Below, in pieces: positions 48,842 through 60,350 of a stretch of 64,000 nucleotides of DNA. The stretch's first letter is position 1. Each line of letters begins with the position of its first letter. This DNA comes from Truepera sp. (lineage in GTDB: Bacteria > Deinococcota > Deinococci > Deinococcales > Trueperaceae). The stretch covers positions 2,848,001 through 2,912,000 of the forward strand of contig CBDCKW010000009.1 of assembly GCA_965218435.1 (NCBI GenBank). Reading direction: 5' to 3'. The notes under the pieces were generated by a model. That model was not told the origin of the DNA. It saw only the letters and a program-made list of their open reading frames with translations, and ran no database searches. The position numbers and the translations under genes are program-made.

Positions 48842-49190
48842 CTCTCAATACTTCGGATATTTATATAGAAAGCGCGTCAGGGACGGCATTTCTCAATACA
48901 ACTTCTGCTCAAAGGAGTTGCGTCACAGACGGACAAAGCGGATTTTGCGTCAAAACCTGTCCGGAGTATTGGACTCTTATAACAGCGTTAAAGTTTGACA
49001 GAGCCGTAACCACCGCTGTACTGTGCATGAGTCCTATGATGATTTTCGTTACCTGCTAATTTCTGCACCGAATACGGTTCTCCGACCCTACTAAGCGGTC
49101 GGTCACCCCTTCGTATCTCGGTTCAGCCCTACGACACTTCGATGTTGAGGTTCGTTTGAGCTGTACCAGAAAGCTAGCTGGTATAGATTT

Positions 49191-49391
49191 ATGTCAGGAC
49201 CTTTGCAATCCCTTTTGCTCTACCTCGTGGCAGAACAAAAACTTACAGATTTCCGCCAAGAAGCCCTCGTCTGTCGTCAACTACGCGCCGCTCGTGTCGC
49301 ACCTTCTGAGCTGCGTCATGTTCTAGCCTTGAAGCTGCTGCGGCTCGCGTATCGCCTTTCGCCGAGCCTAGCTACAGTACAGGGCCGCTAA
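49191..49391 (+). CDS. Small hypothetical protein
   Basis: 66-aa ORF whose stop overlaps the next start. Confidence 0.5.
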   Translation: MSGPLQSLLLYLVAEQKLTDFRQEALVCRQLRAARVAPSELRHVLALKLLRLAYRLSPSLATVQGR

Positions 49392-49801
49392 TGGACAAGA
49401 TTATAAACACCGTTGACGAGAAGGATGTGGAACAAATCATTGATAGCCTCGTCTACTACAACGAGACCAATTCCGATGTGGGTGATTGGCACCAGAAAGT
49501 GTTCGTCATTCGAGACGAGCATGAAGGGGTCGCCGCAGGCATCATCATCAACATCCACTGGTACTGGTTGCACATTGACGTTCTCGCTGTGCAACCTTCA
49601 TACCGACGCGCGGGCTTGGGAACCCGGTTGTTAAGGGAAGCTGAAGACTATGCCAAGGCGCAGGGCTGTGTCGGCGCTTATCTCGATACGATGAGCTTTC
49701 AAGCACCTGAGTTCTACGTCAAGCACGGCTATGAAGTTCTGGCGAAGCTCGAGGGCTTGCCAAAAGACATGCACAAAATCTACCTGTTTAAGCGCTTTTG
49801 A
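49391..49801 (+). CDS. GNAT N-acetyltransferase
   Basis: LAVQPSYRRAGLGTRLL, TMSFQAPEFYVKHGY. Confidence 0.88.
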   Translation: MDKIINTVDEKDVEQIIDSLVYYNETNSDVGDWHQKVFVIRDEHEGVAAGIIINIHWYWLHIDVLAVQPSYRRAGLGTRLLREAEDYAKAQGCVGAYLDTMSFQAPEFYVKHGYEVLAKLEGLPKDMHKIYLFKRF

Positions 49802-49813
49802 GAGGCGTCTTGT

Positions 49814-50083
49814 TTGCCGAGTAAACTCATCCGTGACCGTCCTTACCGACCTGCCCCCACTCCCCCGGCCCTCAAAGACAAAGCACCCACAACTAAGCTG
49901 CTCTTTGTCTGGTTGGGGCCGCAGGGCGAAGTGAGTTACACCGTCCGGGAGCTTGCCGAGCTGCTAGGCGTCACGCCACCTTCGGTTGAGGCAGCCCTGA
50001 CCCGTTTGCGCGAGTTGGGGCTGATTGATGACGTAAAACTCGCCCGTGGCAGTGCGCCGGGGCACTACCGCGTCAAAAGGTAG
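49814..50083 (+). CDS. Small winged-HTH protein
   Basis: TVRELAELLGVTPPSVEAALTRLRELGLI. Confidence 0.7.
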   Translation: MPSKLIRDRPYRPAPTPPALKDKAPTTKLLFVWLGPQGEVSYTVRELAELLGVTPPSVEAALTRLRELGLIDDVKLARGSAPGHYRVKR

Positions 50084-50088
50084 TGCGC

Positions 50089-50123
50089 TTGACCCATAGT
50101 AACGTTTGGCGTTACTATGGGTC
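50089..50123 (+). promoter_or_regulatory. higBA promoter with a 14-bp-arm palindromic operator
   Basis: TTGACC (50089) and TACTAT (50113). GACCCATAGTAACG-TTTGG-CGTTACTATGGGTC at 50091-50123. Confidence 0.8.
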
Positions 50124-50405
50124 GTGATTAAGAGCTTTGCTGACAAGGAGACCGAGAAGATTTTCGGCGGTCAGCACTCGCGTAAACTCCCCGTTGACCT
50201 TCAGCGCCGCGCCAAGATGCGCCTTGACCGTATTGACGCCGCAACCGAGCTTAGCGACCTGCGCGTCCCACCCTCTCACCGCCTCGAGAAACTTTCGGGC
50301 GACCGTGCCGAGCGGTACAGCGTCCGTATCAATCAGCAGTGGCGCGTCTGTTTTACGTGGTCAGCTGGCGACGCGCACGCCGTTGAGATCGTTGACTACC
50401 ACTAG
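50124..50405 (+). CDS. higB: HigB-family (RelE-like) toxin
   Basis: MIKSFADKETEKIF...PPSHRLEKLSGDR...SVRINQQWRVCF...IVDYH. Leaderless GTG. Confidence 0.9.
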   Translation: MIKSFADKETEKIFGGQHSRKLPVDLQRRAKMRLDRIDAATELSDLRVPPSHRLEKLSGDRAERYSVRINQQWRVCFTWSAGDAHAVEIVDYH

Positions 50406-50412
50406 GAGACCT

Positions 50413-50715
50413 ATGTCCCGAATGTCCCGAGCCATCCCCCCCATTCATCCCGGTGAGCACCTAGCCGAGTTTTTAACCGAGTACGGCGTCAGCGCCTACC
50501 GGCTTGCCAAAGACACCGACATGCCCAAAACCCGTGTCAGCACCATCCTCAAAGGCCAGCGGGCGATTACCGCCGATACCGCCCTGCGTTTGGGGCGCTT
50601 TTTCGGCGTCACGCCGCAGTTCTGGCTCAACCTGCAGACGCGCTATGACTTGGAAACAGCGCAAGAGGCCATCGGCCCGGGGCTCGAGCACATCAAGCCT
50701 TTGCAAGCTGCTTGA
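50413..50715 (+). CDS. higA: HigA-family antitoxin
   Basis: PIHPGEHLAE...ITADTALRLGRFFGVTPQFWLNLQTRYDL. AGGAG RBS. Confidence 0.9.
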   Translation: MSRMSRAIPPIHPGEHLAEFLTEYGVSAYRLAKDTDMPKTRVSTILKGQRAITADTALRLGRFFGVTPQFWLNLQTRYDLETAQEAIGPGLEHIKPLQAA

Positions 50716-50932
50716 AGCCTTCAGGCACCGGGGCGCTACCGTATCAAGAAGAGCTGAGCGTGCCTACAACACTAAAGTGTTGACATGACGCTCTTTCTTG
50801 TTCTGCTCGCACTAGCTACAGCTCTCTATGGGCTGTCTGAGCTGCTCTTTAGTAGCGAAACCCGAAGTATATTTGGATGGCTGAGGGCGGAGGAAACCCG
50901 AAAGCGTGGGGCGAGTAGACTCGAGCAACTCT

Positions 50933-51454
50933 TTACGGAATAAGAGCTTCATCTTCCTCTAACTGCCTTATCCGATTTTCTAAATACTCTGTGCGAGCTG
51001 TGGGTCTTAGGAGCCGATAGAGGCGCAGAGCAGCAGGTACAAGATAAGACAGTGCGTTTCCAAACACGAAGAGTAGATTAAATGCGATAGCTGAAGGCGG
51101 AACAGGTTTTCGGAGAGATGTGGGGAAGAAACTTACTAGCTCCCTATCTATCAGATAAAGTGTTGTTAAAAGAGCAAAATAACTGAACCAGAGGATTGTT
51201 TGAAGCATCAGTAACCAAATTACGAGTGTGGTTGTCCTACCAGGGGTTTCTTGGTCGTCTAAGTGCTGTTCGAGCTTGGCCTCGAGTCGCGCTTTCCTGT
51301 CTCTAAATGATTTCCTCTGCCGAAAAGTGTTTGGAGCTGCCTGACGGGAGATAGCCACGTTTATCAAAGTTACGATCACGCCCCCGATTACCGTGACCAG
51401 TAAGGTTTCACGATTGTTCAGCCACAGATTGACGATCCACTCAGGCAAAGACAT
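50933..51454 (-). CDS. Hypothetical membrane protein
   Basis: Three hydrophobic segments, somewhat AT-rich. Confidence 0.55.
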   Translation of the reverse strand: MSLPEWIVNLWLNNRETLLVTVIGGVIVTLINVAISRQAAPNTFRQRKSFRDRKARLEAKLEQHLDDQETPGRTTTLVIWLLMLQTILWFSYFALLTTLYLIDRELVSFFPTSLRKPVPPSAIAFNLLFVFGNALSYLVPAALRLYRLLRPTARTEYLENRIRQLEEDEALIP

Positions 51455-51772
51455 ACCTCCTACTCGATATGTCGTCAAGTCTACCGAACAATTTAAGCGT
51501 TGGAGGGCAAAAGATTTACTCGAGCACAACCGTTCCTACTTAGCAGTGAACGCCGCACTGCCCCGGTAGTTACCAAAGCGTAAATTTATAGTAGGCTGAC
51601 CTTACCCTGGCACGATAGAACTCGAGTACAGAGACTTGTGAGCACGGCTTACTGTGTTGAGCTCGAGCAATAAGGATTGGCTGAGCTAATCTTGTGACTC
51701 TGCTAGAATTTCTACCAAACTTTTCAGTTATGGTTCGCCGACCATACTGCTCAGCTGCTATCAGCTACTTAC

Positions 51773-52633
51773 TCAGCGTAGAATCACAAACGTGACAAAG
51801 TAGTACGCGACCGGTACCGCGAAGAGCATCCCGTCAATCCGGTCTAACGCGCCGCCGTGACCGGGCAAAAAGAACCCGGCGTCTTTAACTCCGGCCCAGC
51901 GTTTGATCAATGACTCGAACAGATCGCCAAGCTGCGCCGCGCTCGAGACCAGCACGCTAAAGAGCAGGGTGTCGTCAACGTCTATGTGCAGGCCGTAAAG
52001 CCGCCCGAGACCGTAAGTTGTCAGTGACACGATGACAACCGCGAGCCCGAGACCGCCGAACGCGCCCTCGAGCGTCTTGTTGGGGCTGACCCGCGGCGCG
52101 AGCTTATGTTTGCCGAAGAGCTTGCCGATCACATACGCGCCTACATCGCTGGCAATGATGGCCAAAATAGGGATGACCAGATACCAGAGTCCCTCAACCC
52201 CATTGGGCGTGTACCGCAGGGTAATCGCGTAACCGGCGAGCCACGGAATATAGATATAGCCAAACAAGGTGTAGACAACGCTCTCAACCGAGCGGTCGTT
52301 GGGATGGATGACCTCTAAGCCGATCAGATAGAGTGCCAACAACCCTAAAAGCGCCTCACGCCAGCTCATACCGTCAAATAGGGGTTGCATATCAAAGATG
52401 CCTTGATAGGTCACGGGCAGTGACGCGGGCAGTGTGAGAACCGTGGCGACGTAGAGGCTGCGGCGGCGAATCGGAATCCCGCGCAGGTTCATCAGCACCG
52501 AGTATTCACGTAAAGAAACGAGCGTCAAAATAAGGTAGGCAGGCGCGAGTAGGGGTAAGCCGACCCACATAATCAGCACTGCCGCCAAAAAAGCGAGCAG
52601 CCCGAAGACGACGCGGGTGTAGGGTGGACGCAC
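51773..52633 (-). CDS. cdsA: Phosphatidate cytidylyltransferase
   Basis: SDVGAY, SPNKTLEG, GDLFESLIKR..KD.G..LPGHGGALDRID. Confidence 0.94.
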   Translation of the reverse strand: MRPPYTRVVFGLLAFLAAVLIMWVGLPLLAPAYLILTLVSLREYSVLMNLRGIPIRRRSLYVATVLTLPASLPVTYQGIFDMQPLFDGMSWREALLGLLALYLIGLEVIHPNDRSVESVVYTLFGYIYIPWLAGYAITLRYTPNGVEGLWYLVIPILAIIASDVGAYVIGKLFGKHKLAPRVSPNKTLEGAFGGLGLAVVIVSLTTYGLGRLYGLHIDVDDTLLFSVLVSSAAQLGDLFESLIKRWAGVKDAGFFLPGHGGALDRIDGMLFAVPVAYYFVTFVILR

Positions 52634-52932
52634 GCCCCTCAGTATGACCTATTGCGCCGCCGGTAAGGAACAAAATCAGGCTAAGGTCACAGCGTTCTCT
52701 ACAAATAGCTCTTAAAGACAAACCTCCGCCTACGCCCCTGATTTTCTAGACCGCATTGACCTTTGCTTTTACTGTTATAGCTTGAAGTGCTTGAGGGACA
52801 ACATTTTTATCAAAACAGCGGCCCCACATTCTGACTATTGACTTCTGTATTCTTCGTTCTGTATTCCGACTTTCCCCTGCAGCACATAGCAACTGCCACC
52901 AGCTGAACCGTCAACCCGGATATGTCCAGAAT

Positions 52933-52951
52933 TAGTTGCATAATCCAACTA
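52933..52951. promoter_or_regulatory. Probable MarR operator
   Basis: TAGTTG-CATAATC-CAACTA dyad just upstream of the MarR gene. Confidence 0.6.
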
Positions 52952-52974
52952 CTAGGGTGTACAACTATTGAGTT

Positions 52975-53478
52975 ATGCACGATCCCCCCGAAACACCGCC
53001 CCTACAAACCTCCGCAGCTTCCCGCTTTTTTGTCGCGCACTGGCGTATCGGCCGCGCCGTTCACGAATACGTCAGTCCACTGCTCGAGCAGACCCACGGC
53101 CTCTCATACCGAGATTTTCTCGTCTTAACAGCGGTTATGAGGGAGGTCCATTATCCGACTGAACTCTCTGAAAAGCTCAAGCTTCCCAAAGACACGATAA
53201 GCCGGATTGTCCAAACGCTCCTTCAAGCTGAACTACTGGCGCGAACGATTGACCCGGATGATTCGCGCCGGACTCGCCTGGGGGCAACCCCAAGCGGGCA
53301 AAAGCTGCACGCCGAAGTTAAAAAAAGTATCGAAGGGTTGCTCGAGCCTCTGCTCGAAGGCTTAGGCTGGGCGCAAAGAGAGCAGTTTCTAGGGCTGCTC
53401 GAGACGCTCAGCGACCGCCTTGCTCTGCCTCCAGCCACCTTACAAACGTCCGACCTCAAACCCGTAGGAGAAAGATAA
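52975..53478 (+). CDS. MarR-family regulator
   Basis: [19 protein letters not shown]...DPDDSRR...TPSG. Confidence 0.88.
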   Translation: MHDPPETPPLQTSAASRFFVAHWRIGRAVHEYVSPLLEQTHGLSYRDFLVLTAVMREVHYPTELSEKLKLPKDTISRIVQTLLQAELLARTIDPDDSRRTRLGATPSGQKLHAEVKKSIEGLLEPLLEGLGWAQREQFLGLLETLSDRLALPPATLQTSDLKPVGER

Positions 53479-55379
53479 TGGCTCAACCCACAACACCCCA
53501 AGTTTCAGTAGCCCGACCTGCGTTTACCAAAAGTGAACGCAACCTCACCCTCGGCGCGGTGCTCGTCGTTTTTTTGCTCGGCGCACTCGACAACACGATT
53601 GTCTCGACCGCCATGCCGAGGATTATCGCCGACTTAAACGGTTTGTCGCTCTATACCTGGGTGACGACCGCGTACCTGTTGGCCTCGACGGTGATGGTGC
53701 CGATTTACGGCAAGTTATCCGACATGTACGGCCGCAAACCGATTTTAACCTTCGGCGTGTCGCTCTTTTTAGTCGGCTCGATGCTCTGCGGGCTTGCAGG
53801 TGAGTTCGGCCCCCTGCCGCTGCTCGGTTCGGGGATGACGCAGCTGATTCTCTTCCGGGCGCTCCAAGGCTTGGGCGGCGCGGCGCTGTTTTCGAGCGCC
53901 TTTGCTATCATCGCCGACATCTTTCCCCCCGCCGAACGGGGCCGCTATCAAGGACTTTTCGGCGGTGTGTTCGGCCTCGCGTCGGTTTTAGGCCCGATTA
54001 TCGGCGGCTTTTTTACCGACCACGGCACGGTAACGCTGCTTGGTCACCTGGTCGCGGGGTGGCGCTGGGTCTTTTATGTGAACGTTCCTCTCGGGCTCAT
54101 CGCGCTTTACCTGATCGCCACACAGATGCCGCTCCTTAAAGCGGGTTCGGGCGGCGGCAAGATCGACTTTGCCGGGGCCGGACTTATCTTGAGCGCGTTT
54201 GTGCCGCTGCTTTTAGCCCTGACCTGGGGCGGGTCAACCTACCCGTGGGCTTCGCCGACGATTCTCATTTTGTTTGGCGTTGCGGCACTTTCACTCGTGG
54301 CCTTTGTGGTCGTCGAACTCCGCGTCAAAAATCCGATCTTACCGCTCGAGCTCTTCCGCCTGCCGGTTTTTAGCATCGCCAACGCCGCGTCGTTTATTAT
54401 CAACATCGCGTTCCTGGGCATCATCATGTTTTTGCCGCTCTTTATGCAGCTGGTGTTAGGGATCAGCGCGACCAATTCGGGCTTTACGCTGCTACCGCTG
54501 ATGGCTGGCCTGATCGTCAGTTCGACCCTAACCGGACTTTTAGTCACGCGCACCGGACGTTACAAACCCTTTATGATCTTCGGCGCGCTCGTCTTGCTCG
54601 TCGGCGTCTTTACCCTGACGAGCATCAGCTTGGCAACCACACAGCTCGGTCTCTCGTGGCGGATGGTCATCGTCGGGATCGGCCTCGGTCCGGCACAGAG
54701 CCTCTTTACCCTGGCGATTCAAAACGCCGTACCGCAGGCGCAACTCGGCACTGCGACCGGCGCAAGCCAGTTTTTCCGGCAGATCGGCTCAACCATCGGT
54801 TTAGCGGTGTTCGGCTCACTCTTGACGCTCAGCGTCGGTACGGCGATTCCCAAACATCTGCCGAATATCCCGGCGCTCCAGTCACAAAAGTTTGACATCG
54901 GTGCGCTTCAGGGTGCGGGGGCCGGGGGCGACATCACCAAGAGCATCACCGCAGGGTTTAACCGGCTCTACGCGCAAACCGAGGCGGCAGTAGGCGGCAA
55001 CGCGGCGGCGCGTACGGCGCTCTTAAACAGCACGCAGACCCCGGCCCAGGTCAAAGATTTGGTACAGGCTGCGCCGTCACTCCCAGCCGCCGCGCAGACG
55101 CAAGCACTGGCGCAGCTTAAAGCGGGACTTAATGCACAAGCACAAACGCTGTCGGCGCAGGTCTCGAGCGCCGTCAAACAAGGGTTTGCCGAGAGTATCC
55201 GTCTGCTCTTCTGGGTCAGCTTGGGGATTATTGCAGTCGGCGCACTGATCATCTTCTTTATCCCCGAACTGCCGCTTCGCAAAGGGATTCCAGACGAAAG
55301 CGCCCTTCAAGAAGCCGTCCCGCAAAATGCCGGCGCGATTGGTGAACCTGCGTTCGTGGCAGGTACCACGCCTAAGTAA
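53478..55379 (+). CDS. DHA2/MDR-family MFS efflux transporter
   Basis: [31 protein letters not shown], 14-TM pattern. Confidence 0.92.
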   Translation: MAQPTTPQVSVARPAFTKSERNLTLGAVLVVFLLGALDNTIVSTAMPRIIADLNGLSLYTWVTTAYLLASTVMVPIYGKLSDMYGRKPILTFGVSLFLVGSMLCGLAGEFGPLPLLGSGMTQLILFRALQGLGGAALFSSAFAIIADIFPPAERGRYQGLFGGVFGLASVLGPIIGGFFTDHGTVTLLGHLVAGWRWVFYVNVPLGLIALYLIATQMPLLKAGSGGGKIDFAGAGLILSAFVPLLLALTWGGSTYPWASPTILILFGVAALSLVAFVVVELRVKNPILPLELFRLPVFSIANAASFIINIAFLGIIMFLPLFMQLVLGISATNSGFTLLPLMAGLIVSSTLTGLLVTRTGRYKPFMIFGALVLLVGVFTLTSISLATTQLGLSWRMVIVGIGLGPAQSLFTLAIQNAVPQAQLGTATGASQFFRQIGSTIGLAVFGSLLTLSVGTAIPKHLPNIPALQSQKFDIGALQGAGAGGDITKSITAGFNRLYAQTEAAVGGNAAARTALLNSTQTPAQVKDLVQAAPSLPAAAQTQALAQLKAGLNAQAQTLSAQVSSAVKQGFAESIRLLFWVSLGIIAVGALIIFFIPELPLRKGIPDESALQEAVPQNAGAIGEPAFVAGTTPK

Positions 55380-55440
55380 CGCGCTGGGCACAACTCGTCT
55401 ACTCAAGTCTGCTCACCACCCAGCCTATTCATAGCTAACG

Positions 55441-55476
55441 ACGCGCTCCTGCTGGACTCAGCCGGGAGCGCGTTTT
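55441..55476 (+). terminator. Rho-independent terminator
   Basis: ACGCGCTCC...GGAGCGCGT followed by a T run. Confidence 0.7.
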
Positions 55477-55637
55477 GTAAACGTAGCAAACACCCGACAC
55501 GTTTACCTCGAGCAAAACCGCCGCCATACCAAAAGCAGTTCAAGCGGCCTATTCGGTGACCCTACGACGTATAGACGAGACTGTAACGTCAAGTCAGCAA
55601 AACTGTTGTATGGTGACCCAAAGATTAGGAGATTTAG

Positions 55638-56552
55638 GTGGCCAATCCCTCAGGCAGTGTGGCAGCAGTTTACGGTGCGATGGGCGCAAACTTTATTATC
55701 GCCGTGACCAAGTTTGTCGCGGCGTTTTTAACAGGCAGTTCGGCGATGCTTTCAGAAGGCATTCATTCGCTCGTTGACACCGGCAATCAGCTCCTTATCT
55801 TGCTGGGTATTCGCAACAGTCAACGGCCCGCCGACGCAACCCACCCTTTTGGATACGGCAAAGAACTTTATTTCTGGAGCCTGATTGTCGCCATGCTGCT
55901 TTTTGGTCTAGGCGGCGGCATGTCGTTTTACGAGGGTATCCGTCACCTGCGTCATCCGAGCGGCCTCGAGGATCCGACCTGGAATTACGTCGTCCTGGTC
56001 GTTGCTGCTGTGGTCGAGAGTTTCGCTTGGACCATCGCCTTTAGAGAGCTGCGTAAAACTCAGGGTCAACGCACGTTTTGGCGAACGCTCAGGGCGAGTA
56101 AAGACCCGGCCGTCTACACCGTGCTGGCAGAAGACACGGCCGCGCTCCTCGGACTGTTCGTGGCGTTTATCGGTATCTTTCTCGGCCACCGCTTTAACAA
56201 TCCCTACCTTGACGGCGTGGCGTCGGTGGTGATCGGCCTGATTCTGGCTGCCGTCGCTGTTTTTCTAGCCTATGAGAGCAAGGGGTTACTGGTAGGAGAA
56301 AGCGCCGACTTAGACGTAACCCAGAATATTCAGGCGCTCGCCGAAGCTGAACCGGGCGTTGAACGCGTTGGCCCGCCGCTAACCATGCACTTTGGCCCCG
56401 AGCAGGTGCTGCTTAACCTCGAGGTGCAGTTTCAGCACAACTTACCCGCCGCTGAAGTGATGCTCACCGTTGACCGTATCGAGCAGGCCATTCGCAGCGC
56501 ACACCCCGAGATCAAACGGATTTTTATCGAAGCGGAGGCGCTTAAAACTTAG
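55638..56552 (+). CDS. Cation diffusion facilitator transporter
   Basis: SSAMLSEGIHSLVD, HPFGYGKE, EDTAA. Confidence 0.9.
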   Translation: MANPSGSVAAVYGAMGANFIIAVTKFVAAFLTGSSAMLSEGIHSLVDTGNQLLILLGIRNSQRPADATHPFGYGKELYFWSLIVAMLLFGLGGGMSFYEGIRHLRHPSGLEDPTWNYVVLVVAAVVESFAWTIAFRELRKTQGQRTFWRTLRASKDPAVYTVLAEDTAALLGLFVAFIGIFLGHRFNNPYLDGVASVVIGLILAAVAVFLAYESKGLLVGESADLDVTQNIQALAEAEPGVERVGPPLTMHFGPEQVLLNLEVQFQHNLPAAEVMLTVDRIEQAIRSAHPEIKRIFIEAEALKT

Positions 56553-56572
56553 CCCGAAACTTGGCCTAAGTT

Positions 56573-57313
56573 TTAGGCCAAGTGCTGGCATATGAGCCCC
56601 ATGCTGCCGCCTTCCTCATGGTGCCACAGCGTGTTGAAACCTGCTTCTCTAAGTTCTTTGATCAAGCTTTGCGGTTTAAGGTGTCTACGGTTTGGAAAGT
56701 ACCAACTACCGGAAAGTTCCACAGCATCCTCAAAGCCTTCGTCAGGCTCGAGCTCGGTATAGACTATCCCGGTCTCTTTATCAACTACTTGGTCGCCGTA
56801 GTCCCTTTCTTCGGCAAATATGGCGGTGCCGATGAGGTAATAGCCTTTGGGCTCGAGCCCCGAACGCACCGCCGAAAACACCTTCCCTCTATCTGAGTCG
56901 GTGACAATACATTGGAGGCAAAAACTGTCAACGATAAGGTCGTAAGCGTGACCCACTGAGCGCAAATTGCAAATATCTGCAACCGCGTAGGTAATGTCAA
57001 GGCGGCGCTCGGCAGCGAACTGCTTCGCCATGTCAACGGCGACGGGAGAGATGTCAATACCGTCCACCCGGAAACCTCTCGCTGCCAGGAAACACGCGCC
57101 CGGCCCTGTACCGCACCCGTATTCCAGAGTTCGCGGCTGGGGAACGGAAAAATTCAGCAGCGGCAGCGCCCGCTCAAAAATAGGGCGCATGGCAAAGTCG
57201 TCGAAACCGGACAGACCGTGCAACTCGTCCCAGTTCGTTTTACCTTCTGCTCTGATTTTTCGGTAGCCTGCTTCGTGTTCTTTGACGTAATACTTGGCCA
57301 TGTCCCTAAACAT
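56573..57313 (-). CDS. Class I SAM-dependent methyltransferase
   Basis: LEYGCGTG, GIDIS, YDLIVD. Confidence 0.85.
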   Translation of the reverse strand: MFRDMAKYYVKEHEAGYRKIRAEGKTNWDELHGLSGFDDFAMRPIFERALPLLNFSVPQPRTLEYGCGTGPGACFLAARGFRVDGIDISPVAVDMAKQFAAERRLDITYAVADICNLRSVGHAYDLIVDSFCLQCIVTDSDRGKVFSAVRSGLEPKGYYLIGTAIFAEERDYGDQVVDKETGIVYTELEPDEGFEDAVELSGSWYFPNRRHLKPQSLIKELREAGFNTLWHHEEGGSMGLICQHLA

Positions 57314-57393
57314 AATCCATGACCAAGTTGTGTGCAGCGAAAAGCTATGTGAAGCTATTGAGCGGTCTTAATTAAATCGTTTGAAGACGAGAG

Positions 57394-57957
57394 CTACACC
57401 GCCATGATGTCTTCTTCTTTGGCCTTGACCCGCTGGTCAATCGCTGCGACAAAGCTGTCGGTGATCTTTTGCACTTCACTTTCGCCCTGCCGCACATCGT
57501 CTTCGGTTAAGAGGTTTTCTTTGCGGTACTCTTTAAGTTCATCGTTGGCGTCGCGGCGCTGGTTGCGCAGGGCGACTTTGGCCTCTTCCGCCATGTTTTT
57601 GACCTGTTTAACGAGCGCGCGGCGGCGCTCGTCGTTGAGCGCCGGCACGCTGATAAAGATATTGTCACCACGGTTGTTCGGGTTAAAACCCAGGTCGCTC
57701 TCGGTGATAGCGCGTTCAATCTCGCGGATGGCACTCTTGTCAAACGGCGTAATCAGCAGCGTGCGGGCGTCGGGGCTCGAGACCGTCGCCAGCTGATTTA
57801 AGGGTGTGCTCGCGCCGTAGTAGTCCACCTGCACCCGGTTCAAGACCGCTGGGTTCGCGCGGCCTGTGCGCACCATGCCGACATTGTTGCCAAACGCCTC
57901 GAGCGTCTTTTCCATCCCCGCCCGTAGCCCTGAAGTGATGCTTCCTAGTTCGCTCAT
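57394..57957 (-). CDS. frr: Ribosome recycling factor
   Basis: RTGRANP, VDYYG, RNQRRDA. Confidence 0.96.
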   Translation of the reverse strand: MSELGSITSGLRAGMEKTLEAFGNNVGMVRTGRANPAVLNRVQVDYYGASTPLNQLATVSSPDARTLLITPFDKSAIREIERAITESDLGFNPNNRGDNIFISVPALNDERRRALVKQVKNMAEEAKVALRNQRRDANDELKEYRKENLLTEDDVRQGESEVQKITDSFVAAIDQRVKAKEEDIMAV

Positions 57958-57993
57958 GTCCTCTCCTTTAGCTTGACCTAATTTTAACTTGAC

Positions 57994-59314
<1,321 letters not shown>

Positions 59315-59417
59315 TGGTTTTCCTTTCAGGGCGCTGCGTCCCCATAGATTTTAGGGATGGGTAGGCAGCGTACAGGCGAGACCCTAAGGCCCCGCCAGAG
59401 TTCGGGGTTAAGCGTAT

Positions 59418-60239
59418 TTAATCGTCAGAGGGTCCGGAACCGCGCTGCGCAGCTTCGGTAATCGTACGTTCAGGTGACGAAAGCGGGGTCGGAATCGTCT
59501 GGCGCACCTCTTCATCGGAAACAGCTGTAGCTTCACTCGGCGCAGGTGCGTCCGCTGCGCCGCCGCGTACTTCGACGATAGTGTCGGCGAGCCGCGCCGT
59601 CACCAGCTGAATCGAACGAATCGCGTCGTCGTTACCGGGAACGATGTAGTCGAGCACATCTGGATCGGAATCGGTATCGGCTAAAGCCACAACCGGAATC
59701 CCGAGCTTGTTCGCCTCGCGTACCGCAATCGCCTCTTTGGTCGGGTCAACGACGAAGAGCACGTCAGGCAAACGGGTCATATCTTTGATACCGCCCAGGT
59801 AACGCTGCAAGCGTTGCAACTCTTTACCGAGGTCAATCTGCTCTTTTTTACCGTAGCGGAGAATGGATTCGTCTTCAAACATCGCTTCTAACTGCTTGAG
59901 CCGTTCGACGCGGGCGCGGATCGTTTTGAAGTTGGTCAAGGTGCCGCCCAACCAGCGTTCGTTTAAGTACGGCATTCCGGCGCGTTTCGCTTCGGCTGCG
60001 AGGATTTCCTGCGCCTGCTTTTTGGTGCCGACGAAGAGAATCGTACCGCCACGGGCCGCAGTATTTTTTAGGTATTCAAATGCCTTGTCCGACTCGACCA
60101 ACGTTTTTTGCAAGTCAATAATAAAGATTCCGTTGCGTTCGGCGAAGATGTAACGCTTGAACTTCGGGTTCCACCGTTTGGTCTCGTGACCGAAGTGAAC
60201 CCCGGCCTCTAACAGTTGTTTCATTCCTAGATACGGCAT
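59418..60239 (-). CDS. rpsB: 30S ribosomal protein S2
   Basis: [29 protein letters not shown]. Confidence 0.97.
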   Translation of the reverse strand: MPYLGMKQLLEAGVHFGHETKRWNPKFKRYIFAERNGIFIIDLQKTLVESDKAFEYLKNTAARGGTILFVGTKKQAQEILAAEAKRAGMPYLNERWLGGTLTNFKTIRARVERLKQLEAMFEDESILRYGKKEQIDLGKELQRLQRYLGGIKDMTRLPDVLFVVDPTKEAIAVREANKLGIPVVALADTDSDPDVLDYIVPGNDDAIRSIQLVTARLADTIVEVRGGAADAPAPSEATAVSDEEVRQTIPTPLSSPERTITEAAQRGSGPSDD

Positions 60240-60345
60240 ATGCCTCCAAAGCGGGACGTTAAGGGAAAATTGGTTACAAAGTCAGGCGTAAAGCAGACAT
60301 CCCGCTGCTGCTTCGGCCCTCTGAAAACCCGTTAGGGGTGTTGCC
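60240..60345 (-). ncRNA. Putative structured rpsB leader (S2 autoregulatory RNA candidate)
   Basis: 9-bp stem GCGGGAUGU/ACGUCCCGC ending just before the GGAGG SD of rpsB. Confidence 0.4.
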
Positions 60346-60350
60346 TATAC

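Noticed and set aside
50137..50412. 192-aa extended HigA from the ORF track
   Set aside because: The extension overlaps higB. An AGGAG RBS and the family N-terminus place the start at 50413.
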